IMG/VR virus record: IMGVR_UViG_3300011448_000001
Location: 23,099 to 87,098 of that record
Direction: 5' to 3' (one strand)
DNA length: 64,000 nucleotides
Origin: a virus
Lineage: Duplodnaviria > Caudoviricetes
The stretch's first letter is position 1. Each line of letters starts with the position of its first letter. The notes under the pieces are model-generated. The model ran no database searches. It was given only the letters and a program-made list of their open reading frames with translations, and had not been told where the DNA came from. This document shows, piece after piece, positions 54,101 to 64,000 of the stretch. A program made the translations under genes and the position numbers.

Positions 54101-57100
54101 CCCAAATTGGGTTTTCATCTATTATTCTTTTACCGTAAGATGTTTCATGGTGGAACATACGTAAATACTAATCGAGATATCTTTGTATTTCTATAAATGT
54201 TTTACCTTGTTTGCGTGTATCAATTTTAGTATATTTAACGAGATTGCTTAATGCATCACTATATGGTTTAATAGCATAAAACGCATATAATACTTCTTCT
54301 TGATTTGGTTTTTCTCCGTGTTCTATTTTATTAAATACGTTTAATACGCAATATGTACCATATCTAACCTAATAAGAATCCCCAGTTTCGTCTTTATGCC
54401 ATACTTTTCTTCCAAGCTCTTGTTTTATCTTTGCAATAGATAATTCTTTTCCAATTACTTGATTAGCAGCTTCAAGAACAACAGCATCTCTCTTATGTTT
54501 CTCTTTTCTACTCTTAGTATATTTACTAGAGAAATTATTATTAGCTTCTGCCATAGCTTTAATTACTGGCTATATACAGAACCATAATGCACTTTCTCCA
54601 TATCCAGATCTAATCAATAAGTTTATTAAATTATAAGTATACGGATTAACATTTAATTTAGAAACCCAAGGGTCTTTTACAATGTCTACGTGTGCATTAA
54701 TAAAAGCAGAAATCCAAGAAGATATTGCGTTTCCATCCATGTCAATAGACATATCAAGACGACCAATTCTAGTATATTTACACATTTCTCTTTTTGGATT
54801 AAAACTAACACCAAACAAATATGTTAAAATATTACTTGTTACATTCAACGCAAACGGACCAATACCAGTTTTACCAGTAATATAATCATTACGTCTTGTA
54901 ACTTGCTCGTGCAATGCTCCAAAATTATATGGCATATCTTGATTTGTTTCTTCGCTTGGAAGTTTATTTGCTATATTTTTTGCAAGTTCTGTATCATTAT
55001 CGATAGATTTATATAAAGAATTCATCGAATTCTCATAATCTTTTAACAACGACATCATACAAGATAACATTTCGTTCTAATGATACTCTTGTGTACCTTC
55101 TTCAAAATCTTTTTTAATCCAATATGAACCATCTTTGTTCTTTTTAAGCTTATAATTAAACGAAGCTAAATAAAGGTGATCAATATCGAAATCTGAACCA
55201 GTAATCTTAGTAAATTCTTGTGGTAATATAATAGTAGATTTAATGGCAGGAACTACATCTACAAATCTAAGAGCGTGTATAGAAGATTGTGCCTGTGTAG
55301 GAATACGATATCCTATTGTGGTTGCTTTAGACTTAGGACCAATTATTCCATTATCTATCAAGAACTATCTTTGTTCTTCCCAAGATAAACCAGGAGGTAA
55401 TATATCTTCAAAATAATCTATACTTATTACAGCATCCATTGAACCATCTTCATTTATCATCTAAAGTTTTTGTCCGTTATAATATTTTGATTCTTTGTCT
55501 CCCTCTATTTTACCTTCTCCGTCTTCATTTTCTATAGCAAATACAGAACGCTATACAAAAGAATTACCTGGTGTTATGATATCTATGATATCTTTATTGG
55601 CTGAAGAAATAATAATACTTTCTATCCAAGAAGCACTCGTAGTTGCTGCAAGAGGAGCAGCTTGTTTTCCTCCAATAGTTTCTATAGCTTCTATAATAGA
55701 TCTGTTTGCATTTCTTGATGTAAGCTATTCTTTAAGATAATCAGAAACTTTAGAAGAACTTAACTAATAAGTATAATCTATAGTACCATCTTCTTTTTTA
55801 TATTCTATTTTATCATAGAATCGGTTTTTAAATTTTTCTGTTCCTAATTTTGATAATTCAATTATATGATGCATTATCTTATCACGAAGCTATTCTCCTG
55901 TTATATTTTTGTCACCAAGTTTATAATTATCTCGGTAAAGCCTAAGATTCTACAATACGATCTTTATCATCTGTGTACCTATAGCAATGTTATGTTCTTC
56001 TTCTGGATCTGTATTAAGCTGTCTTCTTAAAAAATCATAACTTTGTTCATATTTATTAAATGGTTTTTCTATTTCATTACCATTATATTCAACAGCACCT
56101 TGCGATCCAATTTTAACAGCAGAAGTCATAAAAAGCATATCTACTTTTTCGTTCTTCATTTTGTCGTATATTCCTTTCATTTTACCAGTAGCAATACAAT
56201 CAAATAATGGAAATAAAGCAAATTTGTTATAATAAGGAACAGCAACACTACTATAGTGTGTCATATCGTTTTCATCAACCCAATTCTACCTTCTCATACC
56301 ATAAGCAGTATATTTAGTAGTAACCATTGTTGTTGCTTCAAATATCTTCTTATATGCTTCGTATTGTTTAATCCAAGGATTTGTTTTATCTTTCAACACT
56401 TTAAATGCTTGTCTTACTTCTTCTGTATATGCTCCACGTTTACGTAAAAGATTAGCACACATTTTTTCAGTAATATATGCAGCACCATCTGCAACATTTA
56501 TATCTCCATCATATGCTTTAGCAAATTCTTCTGCAAGATGTTCTGCTTTTTCTTTTACTTCTTTTTTAAGAGATGCTCTTATTTCATCTAAGCTTAATGT
56601 ATATGCATCATTCCATATTTTAGAAAGTTTAGATTTATATAATTCTAAATCTTCAGAATCAAGATTATTTTCGTTTTCACCATCTTTTTTATGTTCAGAT
56701 ATTACATCTTTTTGTATTTCGTTTCCATATGCTTCTCTTAATTGTCCATTTAAGAATAATTCTTTCACTCTATGATATATATCTGCTTTACTACTAGTAA
56801 TATAATCATCACACTCAGCACAAATATAAGTTTCTCCTATTCCTGGCATAAATTTACGGTTATCGTCACCAGTAGAAACCATGCCACCAATACGCTTTTG
56901 TTTGTCACCAGTACTATCTTTTATATTACCATTTTTATCATATTTTACTTTAAACATACCAGGATGCCCAGAAAACACTCTTTCACATTCTTCAGAAGAT
57001 ATAATAGATCTATTAGTAACATCACCAAGAATTGTCTCTATTGCAATGTTATTTAATAATTTAGGATCTACTTTTGCATCACCAAATTTCTTTTGATATG

Positions 57101-60100
57101 CATCAATTATAGCATTTATTTGCTGTTGATTGAGATGTTTATTTATATAAGCATCTCCTTTTTTATCTATAAGACCAAGTTTAATTGCTTTTTTTAACGC
57201 TAAATCGTTTTGTATATGTAAAGTTGCCGCCATTATTTCTCTTTGTTCTTCTATACTTTTATTAAAGAAATTTTCATAGGCAATATTTAGCATTTTATTT
57301 GAATTCTCTTCGTTAGTTTCTTTTTCGTTTATCTTATTTAAGTTTTTAATACTTAAATGTATCTAACCGTCACTTCCTATTGTGGGAACTAAAAGTTTAG
57401 TTAAACTTAAGAACCTAGTACCATTTGGGTTTTTACCAGTATGATAATTCTATATTTTTTGTGTTTCTTCTAATTTAGGTCTTCCTGTCTTAGTATATCC
57501 GTGAATTTCTTTATAACCTAAATCCTCCATACACTACTGTATAGCAAGTACTTCGCATTTAGCATATTCTATAAACTAATCAAGAACTTCATTTGCTGGT
57601 TTAATATAATGATTCCAGTTTCCATTTTTATCTATATATTGTCTTATTTCTGGTAAATTACGTACTTTGTGAGATAAAATTTCATTACCTAATTCATCTT
57701 TTGTTTTAACATCATAGAACGTAAGTCCTGGAATTTTAATATTAGAATCACCTTCAAATTGTAAGAATGTCCAAGTACCTTTATCAGCAAGAGTGGGAAA
57801 TACCATTGCACCAGATTGTAACATTGTCATTTTTGCTACATAATCATCAACCTCAGGTTCAGATTTAAATTCTGTTCCTACATCTCCAGGCATGTCTGTT
57901 CTAAATCCTATATATGTACCAAGATTAAATCTAACAGTAGAAGAATTATTAATTGCTTTAAGTATTATACTACCAGACATACCGGTTTCGTCTTTTATGT
58001 TAGTATAATTAAAATTCATTAAAGTAGATACAAATTCTCCTTTATCGCTTGTTCCTACAGCTTTGTTTAATTGGTTTGTAATATGAGAAATAGTATGATT
58101 TTGTGATACACCATATAATTTTTTACCATCAAGACCTAAAGACATCGCTTGAGTAGTAATACTATTATATTTACCTTGCCAGTTTCCAAGATCTTTTACA
58201 AAACCTATTTCTTTATATCCTTTTTCTACGTTGTCTTGATTTATTGTTTTATCATTATTTATAAAACCACTTAAACACTGTATAAAAGGATTAAACGTAG
58301 CAAGATCTGACTATTTAAACCAACTGTTTATAGCATCTTTTCCGTTTTCTCCATACTGTGTAAATAACTTATAGTCAAGAACATCTTTAGATATCATTAT
58401 ACCAACACCATTAAGTAATTGTATAATTTTATCTTTTATTCTTTCTACGTCTTCACTATTATCAAAATTATACGTTTCTCCATCTATTTTTACATCTACA
58501 CCACTAATTTTTCCTATATTATTACTAATTTCTAATAAAGTGTCTATTATATGCTGTAAATTTTTTAAACCGTTTTCTTTAAACTATAATTTACCATTAT
58601 CATCTTTTCTATCACTAAATATATCAACAACACCGTTTAATAAGTTTTGGTTCCAATTAGACGGTATAAGAATCTGATCTTGTATAAACTATGATCTTAT
58701 CAAGGATGTGGATTTATTTCCATTTCTATCTGTTTCTGATTTAACAATATAAAAACCTATTCTTTGACTTTTTATAGCATTAAATATCTATGTAATAAAT
58801 GCTTCATTATCAAAATTTATTCCTGTTAATTTACCGTTTTCATCAAAAGTATATTGATTTGTATAAATATTATAAAATTTTTCAAATACTTTATAATACA
58901 TAGGATTTTTATGAGCTTTTTTCTCAAGTTCATCATATAGTTCCTATACACTATCAACATGTCCTAAATCATTTACTATAATATTAAACACTTCATTTAT
59001 TGGCATAAATTTAGGAACAATAAATCTAGATTTTGTAGCTATAGTAAATGGAGCATTTCCTTCTTCATCTAAGAATAATGGATTTTTAGCTTTATCTTTT
59101 TCTGATTGTTTTTCATAATACGAACGATCATAATCAGGATCTTTTTCATGATACATTATAGTAGAGAAGAATAGTTTTACTTTCTTAGAAACACTATCAA
59201 GTTTACTAAATTCAAAAGAAGATCTATCAAATTTATCAATATTAGAAAGCATAGCTCTTGTTTCATCAGTAACTGGCTCTTCGTTTAAATCATCTTTTTC
59301 TTCTTTAAATTTACCATCATACGATGTAAGTATATTTTGAATTGATTCTGATATATATGGAATAAGTATATTAAACTTTTCATATACTTCTTGTTGTTCT
59401 ATATTTACTTTAGTCTTTAAATTTCCGTCTTTATCAATATAATCAACACCTTTACGTGCAACATCTACTGTTTTGCTTTCAAATATTTCTTTAAACACAC
59501 CTGAAGTAAAATCATCTTCACTTTCCATATTTTGCTATATAATAGCGTTGGTATATGGATCTTGCAATAATAAACTTGGAGTAATACGATTAACAACTAA
59601 TTTACTTGCATCAAAGCTATAATCTTCTATACCAGATCTCATAAGAATTATAGTTGCAATTGCTTCAGCAACTTCTCTAAGATCAGAAGAATTTGTTATG
59701 TTGTCAAATTCCATTGTATTACCAGTTTCTCTGTTTTTAACTTGATAATACAACACATCTCCAAACTTTTCTTTAAATCGTTTCTTTTTATCTTCTGTTA
59801 TTTCTTTGTTAGCATATTCACCTTTACGTGTACCTCTAAATACGGATAACATTTTAATACCTGTAATTAAACCGTATTTATACATGATACCAAAGTTTTT
59901 TGTCATAAATTTAAACCATGCCCCGATTTTACTCCAAACACCACCTTTGTTTTTATAATAATTTCTGTTATTTATATAACCGACAAATTCATCACAAAGA
60001 CCTTCCGCTACATCACGTTCAGATAACCCATATCCATATTCTTTTCTATATGCTTCATAAAAAGACTCTCTTGTTTTATTTGGTACAATAAGTTCTAATA

Positions 60101-63100
60101 TTTTATGAAATGATTCATGAAACATCGCATCGTCTGGAGCGAATTTTGACATTTTTATCACTTCTATACCACATGCGGCCAAAACGTTTTTGTCGTGATA
60201 TTGACTTAAATATTCATTATCTTCTTTACTAAATTCAACATTTCCATTCTTACCAAGCACTTTATCAAAATATTCTTTAATTTTTTGTTCAAAAGATACT
60301 ACTTCTTCTTCTGTTCTAAGTACAGATTCACCTTGTTCAGAAGTCATAGTAAGACCTTTTCCTCCGTATAAGTTCTTAAGCGCTTTAAGTTTTGATTTCT
60401 TTTTATCTATTTGTTTAGATTGTTCTTTTATTTGTTCTATTTCTGATTGTTCTTTATCAACAAGAACAACATCGTCCACGTTTAGTTCACAAAATGATAA
60501 TTCTTTTGCGTCGGTACATATTATTTCATTTCTAAGTAAATAACCAAACAAAGTTGTACCAGAAACAGTTCCTTTGTTTTTGTGAGTAAAATCCTCTCTT
60601 TCTATTTTTATACCTATAGGAAGCATTATTTCTTTAATGTCAGAATTCTAAAATTTTTGTCTAAGTTCAGACATTAAGCTTGAATTCCAACTATAGAAGA
60701 ATTGATTCACCATGTTTCCCTATATCTAGAAATGCATAGTAGATAATCTATAAGCTAACTAACTTATTCCAGATTGTGACGTAGTATCATAAGTTACCTA
60801 ATTTTCACCGTTTCCAACGACTATTTGATTTTCTCCAATATATATAGAATTACCAAGAGAATTAAAAATACTTAATTGTTTTTCAGAATCATTTCTTATA
60901 TATAATACCATTTTAAGCATATCAATTAACGCATTGTTGCTAAAATCATTAGTACGTAATCCTTTAGAAACAAGCGCTAATACGTTTGCCAACTATGTTC
61001 CTATTTCTTCTCCAAACTGTTTTGTACCAAGAAATATCTTTAAGTATTTTTGTGTTGTTTTTTCTGTTTTTCCAGTATCCCAATTAAATATAATGTCTCC
61101 ACTTTGTGGTATTAATTTCTATTTATCGTATAAATCATCAAACTACCAAGGAGAAGTAGATAAACCGTTTCCTGTAACGATATCATATCTGTTTCTTTGT
61201 CCTTTTTGATATGGCTAAGATACTTTAAGAATACCAAATCTTGTTTTTTCACACATTGGAAATGCGTATAACTTATCTTTAATCTATTCTTTAGTTAAAG
61301 ATCCCCAGTTTTCATCAGAAGTAAATAGTTTTTTATTAAACCTACTAAATACAAAATCAAATACGCTATTTTGTGAACCATATTGATAATAAACAGATCC
61401 TGTGTTTCTAAAAACCTTAAATTTTATTTCTACATTTGGATGAGTTTCTTTATATTTAAGCATCTATTTTACCTTGTTTATAAAAGGTCTTATAGATTCA
61501 TTATATTCTTCTGATCCTTGTATCTAAGATTCTTCAAACGGTATTGTAAAATCACAATGAACATGTTTTATATTTAATGCAACTCTTCCGTTTTTATCCA
61601 AAACAAGTTCAAACTTTCCGTTTTCTATAAGATCTGTATAATTTGAAACATTTACCCAGTCTGCTGCTTTTTTTCTATTTCCTTCGTGATTTTTAGAAAA
61701 ATTTCTAGATAAATGTACAGAAGTAGTAATAGTATATTCTGCTTTTCTAGTAGTATTTATTGCATTTATTTCTTGTATACTTAAATTTTGATCTACAGTA
61801 GCATTAAAACGATCATTAAACATTTGCACAAATTCGTTTCCTATGTTTATTTTTGATATTATACTTTGTACAAAAGGATCGTTTTGATCATATTTATTTA
61901 ATTCGTTTTGTGCATTATTTAAAAATTCTTTATAATAAATATTTAATAACGTACTATACCATTTCTACAACTATTGATCGTCTATAATATCATCTAATAC
62001 ATGTATGTTTCCAGCAACATCACGAGACATAAAAGATTCGCTTATGTTGTCTAATTTATTAGATATATGTTGTAATACAGACTCATTTGGATTTAATGTT
62101 TTTATGTCAGTTATCCACCATTTTAAGAAAGATCCTACTTTATATTTAACGTTATTATTACTTTTTCCATATGTTTTATACAGATTTTCCATAGTAGATG
62201 CAACAAGTTGCTATTCTTTAGATATATCTATTGTTTTAGCAACATTGTGATGTAATATTTCATCTATTACTCTTTGTGCATCAAATACTTTATTACATAT
62301 ATAATCAAGTAATTTATATTCGTTTGATGTTATGTTTCCTACAAATGAGAATTGTGATAATGCAGTATCTAAGTCATGGCACGAATCATTAAGTCTCCCA
62401 ACAAGCATGTTTCCATATTGTTCATCTTCAGAAAATTCAAAATAATTAAAACTATCGTTTACAGTTTCATTTGGTTGTTTTAAATTTTCTAATTTATTAA
62501 GTAATTCATCGTATTTAGAACTTATGTCTTTTAGTTTTGCATTTAATCTTATAAAATCTTCGTTCGCTTCTATTGCACTATCTAATTTTTGATAAGACTC
62601 TTCTACAAATTTAATATCTTCGTTTAACTAATCAGATAATTCATTATATCTATTTACAAAGTCATTTACTTTCTATATAAGTTGTTCTCTTTGCTTATTT
62701 ATTCCGTCTGCATTAAAATCATGATAACTTGTAGAATTTAATATACCAGGATCAACACTTATAGATTTTTCAAGATTTAACACATGATCTTTTATACTAA
62801 ATTGTACAGGAAGTAATCTTATTTGTTTTATTTTTACTCCAAACGTGTTAGTAAGTACATCGAATACAGCTTTATTATTAAGATAATTTCTTTCTTTGTT
62901 TGTAACAGGACTATGTTTACCCAGCATGTCTAAATTTTTAGTAACAGGAAGATAAGACTATACTACATCCCAAACATATACATTTCCGTTAGTATCAGTC
63001 ATTAATACATCTGCTTGGCATGTAATTTTATTTCCTTGAGCATCTGTACCATATAACATCTAAGATGTATCTATTAACTATAAATTATTATCTTGTATAA

Positions 63101-64000
63101 ATTTTTTTATATTGTTTAATTTATCTATATAAGTTTTTAATTTATCTTCTGATACCTATAAATCAAATGGAAGGACTCCTGTAGATAAATAAGAAACTAT
63201 ACTATGTCTTATATCTTTTGCATATCTAAGATCTGAATTTTCGATAAATATTTCTTTTGCAACAGCCTCTTCAATACTGTCAACATTACGATATTTAGAA
63301 TATTTAGTAAGATCTTTATTTAATTCAGCACTTAATCCGTTTAAGTATTCATCAAATAATTTTTGATCTTTTTTTGCTTCTTTTATTTCATATATCGTAT
63401 TTAAATATTTTTCTTGCCCGAATTGATTTCTTATCTAAGACCATGCAAGATTAGAATACATAACTATTTTATCATCTTCTTGTACAAACGTATGCCAAAA
63501 ACTTGATATTTCTGGTATTATTTTCTTGTTTGATTCGTGTAATAAATCTTTTAAGTCTTTTGTTATAGTAGATTCTGGTTGTGGTTCTTTAGAAATTCCA
63601 TATGATATTACTTCTTCAGCACTACTTACGTTTTCTAATGGGTATTTTACTCTTTGTCTTATATATAGCTATTTAAGAGCATTCATCATAGATTTAGCTG
63701 AAAAATCATCTCCCATTACATCTTTAATATCATCGACTAATTCCTAGAAAGTATATATTCCAACCTAAGCTGCCTTCATTAAATTTATAGCAATGTTTGC
63801 CATAACTTTTAATGTACCTAAAGTAAAATCTATATGAAGATTTTCACGATATTTTTTATTAAGTTTTTTCTTTCGAGAATTCCAACGACGTTTTGCAGCT
63901 TCTTTCCTCAATCTTCTTACTCTAGGTTTGGCCTCCCTTTTTTCAGATTTTGTTTTTTCTCCTGAAAAAATTGCTATATATTTTTTGTTGTTTTTTTTTT
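51111..64000 (-). CDS. Giant virion RNA polymerase polyprotein (over 4290 aa, start beyond the window), TAG=Gln
   Basis: Eighteen track fragments share one frame. GYRIPTQ...GSDFDIDHL (DFDID at 55179-93) is the crAss-type RNAP catalytic motif. Junctions I checked contain only TAG. Confidence 0.88.

Noticed and set aside
44515-64000. Fragmented minus-strand ORFs as pseudogenes or sequencing errors
   Set aside because: Fragments stay in one frame per gene and the breaks checked are all TAG; recoding explains them.
63985-64000. Terminal poly-T as a terminator
   Set aside because: It reads in frame as Lys/Asn codons of the giant gene at the window edge and may be an assembly-end artefact.

Overview
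A 64 kb segment of an AT-rich lytic bacteriophage genome with the hallmarks of Crassvirales (crAss-like phages of Bacteroidota): family-B DNA polymerase, DnaB-like helicase, primase and a giant virion RNA polymerase with the DFDID catalytic motif. There are four gene blocks. (i) 1-14.7 kb, minus strand: late and tail genes. (ii) 14.9-17.3 kb, plus strand: a small late block. (iii) 17.5-44.4 kb, plus strand: early and replication genes. (iv) 44.5-64 kb, minus strand: two giant virion-cargo genes. Blocks i, ii and iv are broken by in-frame TAG codons that read as Gln (genetic code 15), shown by internal repeats carrying CAA in one copy and TAG in the other. An amber-suppressor tRNA (anticodon CUA) lies at 12764-12835. 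The most unusual content is non-coding: a circularly permuted two-piece tmRNA with a non-canonical tag, four anticodon-less mini-tRNAs of about 50 nt, a hammerhead-like ribozyme upstream of tRNA-Leu, and about 2 kb of hairpin-dense sequence with no credible gene. There is also a head-to-head pair of ECF-type promoters matching a phage-encoded ECF sigma factor, and a repeated bipartite motif in front of the earliest genes. All calls come from reading the sequence by eye; no database searches were run. Junctions of the giant recoded ORFs were spot-checked, not checked exhaustively.
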